Positions 14,912 to 24,683 of a stretch of DNA of 64,000 nt are shown in pieces. Below the pieces are notes generated by a model. It had not been told where the DNA came from. It worked only from the letters and a program-made list of their open reading frames with translations, and made no database searches. Within the stretch, counting starts at the first letter, position 1. Every line of letters begins with the position of its first letter. This DNA comes from Minisyncoccota bacterium (GTDB lineage: Bacteria > Patescibacteriota > Minisyncoccia > Phycocordibacterales > SW-6-46-9): assembly GCA_040905385.1 (NCBI GenBank), contig JBBDRP010000002.1, positions 395,526-459,525 of the forward strand, written 5' to 3'. The translations under genes were made by a program, and so were the position numbers.

Positions 14912-16699
14912 ATGAATACAAATGAGATTAAAACCAAGTGGGACCTGTCACTTTTTTATGAAGACGACTCGTCTAATAATGAGGCAGGAGATCCGTCTGA
15001 GGCAATTCAGGCTGATGTGGCATCGGCCAGAGAGGCGTACGAAGGATTTGCCGACACGTACCGAGCGGATGAGTCATACCTAGAAGACCCAAAGGCACTA
15101 AAGGGGGCACTAGAGGAGCTGGAGTACCTGGGCGGAAAAAAGAACCTGTCTCGACCACTCTACTATTTGGCGTACCGACGTAGTCTTAATTCAGCCGATC
15201 AAGAGGCCGAGGCAATGGAGAACAAGCTGTCGCAGGAGTATACCAAGCTCGGCAATCTTCTGACCTTTTTCGATCTCAAACTGGGGAAGGTATCTAAAGC
15301 GAAGCAGCAGGAGTTTCTGGCTTCTGAGGAGCTGGCCCATTATCGCAAGTATCTCCAGTGGTTTTTCAAGACAGCTCAGTACCAGCTGGATGAATCAACC
15401 GAGAATACCCTGTCACTAACAAGTCTCCCACGATTTGGAATGTGGGTAGATGGGGTGCAGAAGGTGCTGAGTCAGAAGACGGTGGAGTGGAAAGGTGAAG
15501 AGCTGCCACTGCCGGAGGCGATGAACAAGATTCAGGATTTGATCACTGACGATCGCCGGAAGCTACACAACCTCTGCATAGAGAAGGTCAAGGAAGTAAA
15601 GGAGTTTTCCGAAAGTGAGATTAATGCGGTGGTGACCAACAAGAAAATTGTCGATGAGATGCGGGGTTACGAAAGCCCGTATCAGGCCACGGTGCTTGGC
15701 TATGAAAATACACCAGAAGAGGTGGAGACGCTGGTAAATACTGTTACCGATAATTTTGATGTTGCTCATGATTTTTATGATATCAAGGCGGAGATACTGG
15801 ATGTCGATAAGCTTTCTTATGCTGATCGGCAGGCATCGGTTGGGAATATGGATCGAGAGTTTGATTATCAAAGAAGCGTAGAGCTGGCACATGAAGCCAT
15901 TAGTGGAATGGATGCAGATTTCGCTGCTGTATTTGAACGGCTTGTCACCGGAGGGCAGGTGGATGTGTATCCAAAGAAGGGCAAGCAGGGTGGTGCCTTT
16001 TGTTCCGGAGCTCAGTATCTACCAACTCTGCTTTTTTTGAACCATGTTGATAATTACGACTCACTTAAGACGTTTGTTCATGAGATGGGACATGCTATTC
16101 ATACTGAAATGTCTAAGGAGCGAACTCCGCTATATCAAGAATATACAACCTCCACGGCCGAGACAGCTAGTACATTGTTCGAGAAGGTCTTCTTTAATTA
16201 TTTGTACCCGCAGCTAACAGATGAAGAGAAGGTGATTGCCCTTCATGACAAGATTAACGGCAAGGTATCGACTATTTTCCGTCAGGTTGCCTGCTTTAAC
16301 TTTGAAAAGGATTTACATGAAGGCATTCGTGAGAAAGGAAGCCTACCACATACGGAGATTGCCAAGCTGATGAATCGGCATATGCAGGCGTATCTCGGTG
16401 ATCGGTTTGAGCTTACCGACGATGATGGTTACTTCTTCATCAGCTGGCCGCATATTCGTAACTCATTCTACGTATACAGCTACGCGTACGGAGATCTTGT
16501 TAGTAGTGCAATGATGGAAAAGCTGGATGATGATCCTGACTACACCCAGGAGATCAAGCAGTTCCTGTTGGCTGGAAGCTCGAAAAGCCCGCAGGAGATC
16601 TTTGCAGATATTGGTATCGACACCACAACACCGGAAGTCTTCGAGACCGGCATTCAGGCCGTGCGAGACGATATCGAGGAATTAAGAAAGCTTATCTAG
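14912..16699 (+). CDS. pepF: Oligoendopeptidase F (M3B family)
   Basis: HEMGHAIH zinc motif, 595 aa. Confidence 0.85.
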   Translation: MNTNEIKTKWDLSLFYEDDSSNNEAGDPSEAIQADVASAREAYEGFADTYRADESYLEDPKALKGALEELEYLGGKKNLSRPLYYLAYRRSLNSADQEAEAMENKLSQEYTKLGNLLTFFDLKLGKVSKAKQQEFLASEELAHYRKYLQWFFKTAQYQLDESTENTLSLTSLPRFGMWVDGVQKVLSQKTVEWKGEELPLPEAMNKIQDLITDDRRKLHNLCIEKVKEVKEFSESEINAVVTNKKIVDEMRGYESPYQATVLGYENTPEEVETLVNTVTDNFDVAHDFYDIKAEILDVDKLSYADRQASVGNMDREFDYQRSVELAHEAISGMDADFAAVFERLVTGGQVDVYPKKGKQGGAFCSGAQYLPTLLFLNHVDNYDSLKTFVHEMGHAIHTEMSKERTPLYQEYTTSTAETASTLFEKVFFNYLYPQLTDEEKVIALHDKINGKVSTIFRQVACFNFEKDLHEGIREKGSLPHTEIAKLMNRHMQAYLGDRFELTDDDGYFFISWPHIRNSFYVYSYAYGDLVSSAMMEKLDDDPDYTQEIKQFLLAGSSKSPQEIFADIGIDTTTPEVFETGIQAVRDDIEELRKLI

Positions 16700-16700
16700 T

Positions 16701-17270
16701 ATGAGATTCGCGATACAAGGTGGACCGGGGAGCTTTTCGGCCGAGGCCGGTGGTCGCTATGCAGATGACAATGACCTGACGCTGGAGCTTGATTACCGCT
16801 ACACCAGCGAAAATGTTCTTACGGCGGTTGAGGAAGGCTCGGTAGAGCAGGGGCTGATAGCGATTGAGAACGCCACCGGTGGCGTAGTGTATGAATCAAT
16901 CGAGGCGCTGGCCGAGCATCGCTGCCGGATTCTACACTTCCTGAATATCTTGGTGGTGCATGCGCTGCTTGTTCGGCCCGGTACTTCGATAGATACCATT
17001 GAATGCATCATCTCGCATCCACAGGCACTTAAGCAGTGTGAGGATACGCTAGCCACACGATTCGCCGATATTCCTACCGAGGTAGGGAAGGGTGAGGCGG
17101 TCGATCAGGCTACGGCTGCCAAGCAGCTGGCTGAGGGGAAACTGCCGGCAACAACGGCGGTGCTGGCCTCTCGTGTCTGCGCTGATCTGTATAATCTAGA
17201 GATCGTTGCCGAGAACCTACAGGATATCGAGGAAAACTATACGACGTTTTTGGTAGTCGAAAGTCTATAA
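16701..17270 (+). CDS. Prephenate dehydratase-like (PDT catalytic domain only, no ACT domain)
   Basis: MRFAIQGGPGSFSAEA..AIENATGGVVYESIEAL resembles the PDT N-terminal region; 189 aa. Confidence 0.4.
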   Translation: MRFAIQGGPGSFSAEAGGRYADDNDLTLELDYRYTSENVLTAVEEGSVEQGLIAIENATGGVVYESIEALAEHRCRILHFLNILVVHALLVRPGTSIDTIECIISHPQALKQCEDTLATRFADIPTEVGKGEAVDQATAAKQLAEGKLPATTAVLASRVCADLYNLEIVAENLQDIEENYTTFLVVESL

Positions 17271-17288
17271 AGTAGAAAGTCAAAAGTT
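17259..17288. repeat. Heptamer repeat array (GAAAGTC TATAAAGTA GAAAGTC AAAAGTT) spanning the stop codon of 16701..17270
   Basis: GAAAGTN family; followed by GAGTGAGTGAAACG, which resembles the start of the structured repeat units. Confidence 0.6.
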
Positions 17289-17456
17289 GAGTGAGTGAAA
17301 CGAAGGAAATCCAGCCCTAGCGTGCTGGGGCTGGATAAATGGGGAAATTTAAGGTGAGTTACTTTACAATACTGTATTTATTGTGTATTATAATAATCAG
17401 AAGCACCAAAGTTACTTAAACAATAATCCAAACTAATCAAACCAGAGAGGTTTGTT

Positions 17457-17693
17457 ATGAAAATAGAAAAAGAATTATCATTAGCCAAGACATATAGAGC
17501 AATATTCCTGATACTCTTTGTTGTCTCTGCTATCTTTGCAATTTTTGTTTTTAGTATAGAAGGTGTAAACAGTGAGTTTTTTTTGGGGCCTTTTGCACTG
17601 AGTATCCTTACGGGTTTTATGATTAAATTTATGAGTAGAGTCGTATCGGATGTAAAAAAAAGAATGAAAGCAAAAAGTACGGAAAATGCTTAA
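17457..17693 (+). CDS. Hypothetical small membrane protein (paralog 1 of 3)
   Basis: 78 aa, two TM; leader caaaccagagaggtttgttATG with the SD inside a caaacc/ggtttg hairpin; terminator at about 17705-17740. Confidence 0.4.
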   Translation: MKIEKELSLAKTYRAIFLILFVVSAIFAIFVFSIEGVNSEFFLGPFALSILTGFMIKFMSRVVSDVKKRMKAKSTENA

Positions 17694-17812
17694 ATCTATT
17701 TTTGATCCCGTTGTCTATCTAGGCAGCGGGATTTCTTTTATGTACGTGCTGTTACCCCCCCTAGCTAATAGTATTTAGCTAATGGGAACATCCGATGTTC
17801 ACATTATGTACT

Positions 17813-17950
17813 TGACTACCAAGTGAAGTGAGCGACATGCAAGCTTGCTTGCATGTCCGAACGGAGCGATGGGAGGCAGGAACCTGCTCACCAAGCGGAG
17901 TGAGTAGAATGAACGCTTGCATTTATTCTCGAGCGAAGTGCCGGCAGACA
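17813..17950. repeat. Structured repeat family, locus 2: two tandem ~70-nt units
   Basis: accaagtgaagtgagcgacatgcaagcttgcttgcatgtccgaacggagcgatgggaggcaggaacctgctc followed by accaagcggagtgagtagaatg..; homologous to locus 2056-2205 with compensatory stem changes. Confidence 0.55.
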
Positions 17951-18033
17951 AACAGATAACTATCTTCTGAGTCAAACTCAGAAGATAGGAGAGTTTTAAA
18001 CTCTTCTTGGTTTATATCTGTTATCTGTTTGAC
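17947..18033. repeat. Nested palindrome complex (gacaaacagataac [ctatcttctgag-tcaaa-ctcagaagatag][agagtt-ttaa-aactct] .. gttatctgtttgac)
   Basis: Outer 14-bp inverted repeat enclosing a perfect 12-bp-stem hairpin and a second hairpin; overlaps the -35 of the promoter for 18123. Confidence 0.5.
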
Positions 18034-18057
18034 AACACTTATAAAGTTATCTACTAT
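18029..18057 (+). promoter_or_regulatory. Sigma70-type promoter TTGACA-17-TACTAT for the small-membrane-protein genes
   Basis: Consensus -35 and a -10 identical to the one in the cargo cassette. Confidence 0.5.
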
Positions 18058-18122
18058 ATATAGCAGAAACACATAGTTCTATTAAATAAAAATCGAAATA
18101 AACCAAACCTTAGGAGGTTTGT

Positions 18123-18410
18123 ATGGAATTGTTACTCGCACTAATTGCTATAGGAGTTATTGGAACTCTTTTGAGTTTATTCTATGGCGACAATCTGATT
18201 GTTTTTCTGCTTCTAATAATCACTACAGCTGTATCTATGGCTATTTACTCAGTTTATGGTCTAGGGGGTCTGGAGAGCTATCTCGGTATAGCTTTATACT
18301 TTGGGTCATTTATCTGGGCTATTGGCGCATTTGGGCTTTATGTGTGGCAGGTAAGACGAGGGAATGCTGAAGAAGAGAAGGAGGTGGAAGAAACACCAAA
18401 GTTCTATTAA
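18123..18410 (+). CDS. Hypothetical small membrane protein (paralog 2 of 3)
   Basis: 95 aa, 3 TM; leader aaaccttaggaggtttgtATG. Confidence 0.4.
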   Translation: MELLLALIAIGVIGTLLSLFYGDNLIVFLLLIITTAVSMAIYSVYGLGGLESYLGIALYFGSFIWAIGAFGLYVWQVRRGNAEEEKEVEETPKFY

Positions 18411-18447
18411 ATTAAAATCGAAACAAGTAAACCTTAGGAGGTTTGTT

Positions 18448-18678
18448 ATGGAAAATGTGTTAATGGTATTTGCGCACATTATCATTGTGGGTATAACGAT
18501 CCCTGTTTTATATATTATTTATAAAACAAATCGTATCATTGCTATATGCTCAATCTTAATTGCTGGGGCGCTTATTATCTATTCTTTAATAAATAATATC
18601 GCTATGCCTATATCCTCACTTTCGATAATCTGGATAGTGGGGGTGGTAATGTATCTAAATGAAAAAATTGTCGGATAA
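18448..18678 (+). CDS. Hypothetical small membrane protein (paralog 3 of 3)
   Basis: 76 aa from the internal ATG; leader aaaccttaggaggtttgttATG near-identical to the 18123 leader; terminator palindrome at 18721-18746. Confidence 0.4.
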   Translation: MENVLMVFAHIIIVGITIPVLYIIYKTNRIIAICSILIAGALIIYSLINNIAMPISSLSIIWIVGVVMYLNEKIVG

Positions 18679-18899
18679 TTATAATTCTCGGTGTCTAATT
18701 TCTAGGCATCGAGATTTTATAAATAACTCAACCGGTTGAGTTATTTAGCTCTTTTCTAAAAATAATAATTATTTCAACGAGACAACGGGGTGTTCGTGTA
18801 TTATTTTAAATACGTATCTCGTTAGTTGATAAGCGAAGTATCATCGGCTCAAGCCGCTATATATTTTTGATTAGCTACTATATTTGCTAGAATACCCAT

Positions 18900-20681
18900 A
18901 TGAAATCAACCGAAATCAGACAGCGTTTCCTGGACTTTTTTAAAGACCGCGATCACGCGGTCATTCCATCAGCCAGTCTGATCCCGAAGGATGATCCGTC
19001 AGTACTGTTTACGACTGCCGGCATGCAGCCACTGGTGCCGTATCTCCTTGGTGGGAAGCATCCGGAAGGGAAGCGAGTCGTCAATGTCCAGAAGTGCGTG
19101 CGTACCCAGGATATCGAGGAGGTCGGGGATAAGACGCACGACACCTTTTTTGAGATGCTCGGTAACTGGTCGTTTGGTGACTACTTTAAAAAAGAAGCTA
19201 TTACCTGGAGCTATGAGTTCCTTACGGATGAGGAGGCCGGACTCGGGCTCGATCCTGATCGGCTTTACGTTACGTGTTTTGCTGGTAACGACGACGTGCC
19301 GCGTGATGAGGAGTCGGCTGAAATATGGCAATCACTTGGTGTTCCTGAGCACCGAATTTACTTCTTGAAAGAGAACTGGTGGTCTCCGGGACCAGACGGC
19401 CCGTGCGGACCGGATACCGAAATGTTTTATGATATTACTTCGGATGGATTAGGTGATCTCGATCTGCGTAGCTTTAAGGAAGCCGATGGTCGCCAGCAGG
19501 TGGTTGAGATCTGGAATGATGTTTTGATGGAGTATGAGAAGAAGGACGGCGAGGTTGTTGGCAAACTCGAACAACAGAATGTTGATACAGGGGCTGGTCT
19601 GGAGCGGCTGGCGATGGTACTACAGAGCGTCGACTCCATATTTGCCACTGATCTGTTCGCCCCGATAATGGAAAGAATCGATGAGCTTAAAGAGCAGGCG
19701 CACGAGCAGTCCGAGCGAATCGTGGCTGACCACATCCGTACCGCCAGCTTCATCATTGCTGCTGGGGTACAGCCGGACAATACCGGCCGTGGCTACGTCC
19801 TGCGCCGGCTGTTGCGCCGAGCGGTCCAGCACGCCGACAAACTCGGGATGCAGTCGGGGGATCTCCTTGAGCTTGTGCCGTCAGTTGTATCTATATACAA
19901 GAAGCCATATCCAGAAATATCCGATAATGAAGCCCTGATTGTCAGCACCATCGAGGAAGAGGAGGGAAGTTTTCGGGAGACACTTGAACGCGGCCGGGCA
20001 GAGTTTACAAAGATTAATGGCGACATCTCTGGGAAGCAGGCGTTTGACCTGTATCAGACTCACGGCCTGCCGCTGGAGATCACGCTGCAACTAGCTGAAG
20101 AGAAAGGAGTAGCAGTGGATGTGCCGGCCTTTGAGGAGGCAATGAAGGATCATAAGGAGAAGTCACAAGCCGCCGGTAGTAAACAGTTTGCTGGTGGACT
20201 GGCTGACAGTCAGGAGGAGACGGTGAAGCTACATACGGCTACTCATCTTTTGAATCAAGCGTTGCGGGATGTGTTGGGTGATCATGTGGCACAGGAAGGC
20301 TCCAACATTACGACCGAGCGTCTGCGGTTTGACTTTACGCATGACGAGGCTTTAACGGAGGAGGAGATCGCGGAGATTGAGCGGATTGTCAACGAAAAGA
20401 TTCAGTCTGGCCTGGAGGTTCGTTGTGAGGAACGCTCGGTAGAGCGGGCTAAGGAGAACGGAGCGATTTATCTACCGCAAGCGGATTACCCGGACACCGT
20501 GACGGTTTACGAAATGGCGCATCCCGAGTCTCATGAACATGGAGGCGTTATCTACTCTCGAGAGATCTGTATGGGTCCGCATGTTGAGAACACACGCGAT
20601 CTGGGAACCTTTAAGATCACAAAAGAAGAGTCGAGCTCAGCCGGTATTCGCCGAATCAAGGCTATCCTAGAATCTACATAA
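18900..20681 (+). CDS. alaS: Alanyl-tRNA synthetase, short form (catalytic and editing regions, no C-Ala domain)
   Basis: N-terminus FLDFFKDRDHAVIPSASLIPKDDPSVLFTTAGMQ; editing HTATHLLNQAL..H and CMGPHV motifs; 593 aa. Confidence 0.85.
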   Translation: MKSTEIRQRFLDFFKDRDHAVIPSASLIPKDDPSVLFTTAGMQPLVPYLLGGKHPEGKRVVNVQKCVRTQDIEEVGDKTHDTFFEMLGNWSFGDYFKKEAITWSYEFLTDEEAGLGLDPDRLYVTCFAGNDDVPRDEESAEIWQSLGVPEHRIYFLKENWWSPGPDGPCGPDTEMFYDITSDGLGDLDLRSFKEADGRQQVVEIWNDVLMEYEKKDGEVVGKLEQQNVDTGAGLERLAMVLQSVDSIFATDLFAPIMERIDELKEQAHEQSERIVADHIRTASFIIAAGVQPDNTGRGYVLRRLLRRAVQHADKLGMQSGDLLELVPSVVSIYKKPYPEISDNEALIVSTIEEEEGSFRETLERGRAEFTKINGDISGKQAFDLYQTHGLPLEITLQLAEEKGVAVDVPAFEEAMKDHKEKSQAAGSKQFAGGLADSQEETVKLHTATHLLNQALRDVLGDHVAQEGSNITTERLRFDFTHDEALTEEEIAEIERIVNEKIQSGLEVRCEERSVERAKENGAIYLPQADYPDTVTVYEMAHPESHEHGGVIYSREICMGPHVENTRDLGTFKITKEESSSAGIRRIKAILEST

Positions 20682-20792
20682 TCTTCTAATTTGCGAGCAT
20701 ATGTGCCGGCTTGAGCCGTTTAATAAAGATGGCTATCTGAAAAAAATTTCTTTATACAAACCTCACGAGAGGAGGAGTTCGTTAAGTTAAGC

Positions 20793-20819
20793 GATTTAGA
20801 AATATAAAATTTCTAAATC
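20793..20819. promoter_or_regulatory. Perfect 11-bp inverted repeat GATTTAGAAAT-ATAAA-ATTTCTAAATC upstream of gene 20905
   Basis: Same 11-bp arm / 5-bp spacer architecture as the grpE operator candidate. Confidence 0.45.
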
Positions 20820-20904
20820 GGTATTCGCACGGTTTCCTTACATTTAATTATATGGAATTAATATAAAGTTAGTGGAGTTTAAAGTGTGCTAATATTATAA
20901 GTAC

Positions 20905-22068
20905 ATGGGTTTCTTTACGAAAAAATCTTCATCGCGAGCCGCCGTTGTTTACGACATTAGTGATAACAGCGTGGCAGCGGCCTTTGTTGCTACTGATAAG
21001 AAGTTGCCAGAGATATTCTGGTCGCGTCGGTATCCTGTGGTTGTAAATAAGGATCATGGTCATAACTCCTACACCCGCGCTTTACGCCGAGCACTCGAGG
21101 TTCTGCAGCGAGATGTTCTGAAGACCGGACTTCCGCTTCTGAACCGACTCGGTATAGAGACTGATTCGCTGACGGTGAAGTGCGTTCTGTCATCTGGATG
21201 GCATACGGCCGATACTATTACGTCGCGTCTACATACGGGCGAAGCATTTATACCGGGTACGCATCATATAGAGAAGGCGCAGCAGCAGGCACATGATGAT
21301 TTCGTTTCTCGTTATGGCGATGCATTTTACGGTGATGATCCGGCACACCTTAGCCACCGCTTACTCGGTATTCACGGTGATGGTCAACCAGCTATGCTGT
21401 CGCGAAAGCGTCCGGTAGAGAAGCTGGACGTTCATATGTATATCAGTAAGGCACCACAGATGGTGCAGCAGATTCTCGAGTCACAGCTTGGGCAAACCTT
21501 TAATCGGGAAAGCATTGATTATCATTCTGGGTACGAGACAGTAAATGATGCCTTGATGGGAGCTGATCGCAGTCTACGAGATTTTCTCGTGATACTTCCG
21601 AGCCGACGTAAAACCGATGTACTACATACGGCCGGTGGCACAATTCGCGGTATCTCTTCATCACCGCTTGGTGAGGACTTTATGATCCGCACAATTTCTA
21701 AGGCATTCAATCGACCAGTATCTGACATTCGATCTCGAATTGAGCTGCATCGGCAGCAGCGTCATCATCCTGATTCTGCTCAGGAGATGGACATTGCACT
21801 GAGTGAAATATCCCGTCGCTGGACGGAGTCGGTCTACGAAAGTATGAGAGCTGCCAGCAACGGATCACTGCCGCAGCAGGCGTACCTTATGCTTCCGGCT
21901 ACAAAGACCAGTATTGTATTTGCTGACTTTGCATCCCGTCTCCTTGATAAGGCGCCGAGTCTGGAAGTATTTCTTATCAACCAGGAGCGATTCAGTGATT
22001 ACGTGCAGAATTACAACAAATCCGATCATACTCTCACAGTCAGTGTGCTTGGATCTTGTGGATATTAA
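20905..22068 (+). CDS. Hypothetical protein, possibly actin-like ATPase fold (PilM/FtsA/Ppx-like N-terminus)
   Basis: AVVYDISDNSVAAAFVA resembles the phosphate-1 motif of ASKHA-superfamily proteins; weak. Confidence 0.3.
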   Translation: MGFFTKKSSSRAAVVYDISDNSVAAAFVATDKKLPEIFWSRRYPVVVNKDHGHNSYTRALRRALEVLQRDVLKTGLPLLNRLGIETDSLTVKCVLSSGWHTADTITSRLHTGEAFIPGTHHIEKAQQQAHDDFVSRYGDAFYGDDPAHLSHRLLGIHGDGQPAMLSRKRPVEKLDVHMYISKAPQMVQQILESQLGQTFNRESIDYHSGYETVNDALMGADRSLRDFLVILPSRRKTDVLHTAGGTIRGISSSPLGEDFMIRTISKAFNRPVSDIRSRIELHRQQRHHPDSAQEMDIALSEISRRWTESVYESMRAASNGSLPQQAYLMLPATKTSIVFADFASRLLDKAPSLEVFLINQERFSDYVQNYNKSDHTLTVSVLGSCGY

Positions 22069-22097
22069 TCAGCTTTAACGTGATATACTAGCAATCA

Positions 22098-23384
22098 ATG
22101 AGCAAATCTGTATCAGGGATAACACAACGAAATAAACGCTCCATTCAGGAGATTCAGCGTCATCGTGAGGATTCAGGTGGCGGAGGTAGCCGTAATGGGG
22201 GAGATAATGATCATCATAATGGACCAGAGTATCAACCACCGGGACGACATGACTCACAGCGAGCTGCTACCTTTGGGATCTGGTTTGTTGGGGTTGTTAG
22301 TATCTTTTTTGTATTCTTTCTCTTCTCGGTTCTTTTTGCTGAGACGACTGTGACGGTTTACCCCGAGACTGCTGATATTAACATTGACGAAACGTACACT
22401 GCTTCTAACGCTAATGATGTAGACGGCGTACCATTTTCAGTTGTAACCGCCAAGGAGTCTATTGCGGTGAATGCCACGACAACCGGTACTGAGTATCGCG
22501 AGCAGGCGGCATCTGGTGAGATAACAATTTATAATGACTACTCAAACGAGACAATTCGTTTAGTACCGAATACACGTTTTCAGACTGATGAGGAGCTAAT
22601 CTATCGGACCAGCGAAGCCATCACCGTCCCGGGTCAGATGTCTGATGGTACTCCAGGCACGGTGATTGCCACAGTAACTGCAGATGAGCCGGGTGCTGAC
22701 TACAACGTTTCTAATATCAGGTTCTCAATTCCTGGCTTTGCGGATACGGTGTACGAGGAAGATGTATATGCTGAGTCGAACGGAGATATTTCTGGCGGCA
22801 TTGCTGGGGATGTACCGATTGTAGCCACCAGTACCCGTCAGGCTTTAGAAGAAGAGGTTGGTGATCAACTTCGAAGTCAACTACAAACATCAGTAGAGGC
22901 AGAACTTCCGGATGGATTTATTCTTTATGATGACGCTATGTTCTTTTCTACCAGCCTTGGTACTGATGACGAAGATGATACTACATTAGCTGTGGAGGGT
23001 GAGTTGCAGGCAGTTGTATTTGACGGTCGTCAGTTGTCGACATTCCTGGCCACTAACTATAGTGATGATATTTCACCGCAATCTAATATACGGATTCAGA
23101 ATTTGGAGGATTTTGTTTTTGAGATTATTGATCGTGAATCTTATACACCGTCTGAGGGATCAAGTTTCGAATTTTCATTACAAGGTGATTCACAAATTGT
23201 CTGGCAGTTTGATGAGCGGGCACTGGTCCGTGATCTCCGTGGTTTGCAGAAGGATCGGCTGAATGAAGTGTTAGTAAATTACGACAGCATTCAGGAGGCA
23301 GAGGTAGTAACCCGACCATTCTGGAAGCAGAATCTGCCGGATGATGCAGCTGAGATCGGTGTCCAGACAGTAATTGATCGCTAA
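22098..23384 (+). CDS. Hypothetical membrane-anchored protein with large extracytoplasmic domain
   Basis: Gly/His-rich cytoplasmic N-terminus, single TM (FGIWFVGVVSIFFVFFLFSVLFA), Thr/Asp-rich ectodomain. Confidence 0.4.
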   Translation: MSKSVSGITQRNKRSIQEIQRHREDSGGGGSRNGGDNDHHNGPEYQPPGRHDSQRAATFGIWFVGVVSIFFVFFLFSVLFAETTVTVYPETADINIDETYTASNANDVDGVPFSVVTAKESIAVNATTTGTEYREQAASGEITIYNDYSNETIRLVPNTRFQTDEELIYRTSEAITVPGQMSDGTPGTVIATVTADEPGADYNVSNIRFSIPGFADTVYEEDVYAESNGDISGGIAGDVPIVATSTRQALEEEVGDQLRSQLQTSVEAELPDGFILYDDAMFFSTSLGTDDEDDTTLAVEGELQAVVFDGRQLSTFLATNYSDDISPQSNIRIQNLEDFVFEIIDRESYTPSEGSSFEFSLQGDSQIVWQFDERALVRDLRGLQKDRLNEVLVNYDSIQEAEVVTRPFWKQNLPDDAAEIGVQTVIDR

Positions 23385-23427
23385 GTATTGACGTAGCCCG
23401 CTCATTTGCTACAATTGCAGTCGTCTA

Positions 23428-23640
23428 ATGGCAAAAAAACCAGAAGAAACAAAGAAAGCTACTGTCATAGAAGCATTGCCAAATGCGATGTTTCGTATTC
23501 AGACTGAAGACGACGAGGAGCTCCTCGGATACTTAGCAGGAAAGATGAAGCGCTATCACATCCGCGTACTGATAGGGGATGAGATACAGTACGTCGAGAA
23601 TCCTTACGGTGGAAAAGTTCGTATTACCCGCCGTCTCTAG
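23428..23640 (+). CDS. infA: Translation initiation factor IF-1
   Basis: S1-like IF-1 signature [24 protein letters not shown]. Confidence 0.9.
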   Translation: MAKKPEETKKATVIEALPNAMFRIQTEDDEELLGYLAGKMKRYHIRVLIGDEIQYVENPYGGKVRITRRL

Positions 23641-23666
23641 GTCACTGCTTTTGTTGCTATTTAATT

Positions 23667-23780
23667 ATGAAAGTAAAAGCCTCAGTAAAAAAACGTTGTC
23701 CGAAGTGTAAAGTCGTCCGCCGGAAAGGGCGGGTGTATGTGACGTGTGAGAACCCACGCCACAAGCAACGCCAGGGGTAA
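23667..23780 (+). CDS. rpmJ: 50S ribosomal protein L36
   Basis: [37 protein letters not shown]; absent from the ORF track because under 60 aa. Confidence 0.85.
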   Translation: MKVKASVKKRCPKCKVVRRKGRVYVTCENPRHKQRQG

Positions 23781-23790
23781 GTAAATCACT

Positions 23791-24174
23791 ATGCGAATCG
23801 AAGGAATTACAATTAATGATAATGCACATCTGGCCGTTGGCCTTACGACTATTTTTGGTGTTGGTCGTTCGCGAGCAGAAGAAATTTTGGATGCGATTAA
23901 TGTTTCCTACGATACAAAGCCTACTGAGCTTACGGAGGAGCAGGACAAGAAACTACGGCAGAAGCTTGAGGATTACTCACTGGAAGGTGACCTCCGTCGT
24001 CAGAAAGAGTCTGACATCAAACGTCTCAAGGACATCAAGGCTTACCGAGGTACGCGTCACTCAAAAAATCTTCCGGCGCGCGGACAGAATACACAAACAA
24101 ACTCACGAACGAATCGTCCATACAAGGGTTATAAAACAGCTGGTTCTGGTAAGCGTTCAGTAGAAAAGAAATAA
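23791..24174 (+). CDS. rpsM: 30S ribosomal protein S13
   Basis: MRIEGITINDNAHLAVGLTTIFGVGRSRAEEIL. Confidence 0.9.
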   Translation: MRIEGITINDNAHLAVGLTTIFGVGRSRAEEILDAINVSYDTKPTELTEEQDKKLRQKLEDYSLEGDLRRQKESDIKRLKDIKAYRGTRHSKNLPARGQNTQTNSRTNRPYKGYKTAGSGKRSVEKK

Positions 24175-24220
24175 GTGAGTGCACAAAATCACTAGATAAT
24201 ATAATTTATAATTTTTTCAC

Positions 24221-24658
24221 ATGGGTAAAAAAAGAGTAGCCGAAAAAAAAGGAACAGTAGTTAACACGAAGTCGCGCGCTGAGGAATTTAAGCGTACGAC
24301 CAAACGACAGCTTACCGCTGTGGTTCTTCATATTCGCGCTACGCAGAACAATACCCAGGTAACGCTGACTGATCCTGAAGGTGATGTTATTTTTACCTCA
24401 TCATCTGGTGCTCTTGGTTTTCGTGGAGCTAAGAAAGGAACTCCGTTTGCAGCAGCCAAGGTTGGTGAGCTTGTTGGGGCCAAGGCCAAGGCACTGAATG
24501 CGAAGACTGCTAGAGTTGTAGTGAAGGGAACTGGTTCAGGTCGTGAGTCACCAATTCGGGCCTTTATGAATACAAGTGATGCATCGGTGACGGAGATTTG
24601 TGATGCAACACCAATTCCACACGGTGGAAACCGACCAAAGAAGCCTCGGCGAGTGTAA
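24221..24658 (+). CDS. rpsK: 30S ribosomal protein S11
   Basis: HIRATQNNTQVTLTDPEGDV..SSGALGFRGAKKGTPFAA. Confidence 0.9.
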   Translation: MGKKRVAEKKGTVVNTKSRAEEFKRTTKRQLTAVVLHIRATQNNTQVTLTDPEGDVIFTSSSGALGFRGAKKGTPFAAAKVGELVGAKAKALNAKTARVVVKGTGSGRESPIRAFMNTSDASVTEICDATPIPHGGNRPKKPRRV

Positions 24659-24683
24659 TAAATACCTATTAAAATTACTTACT

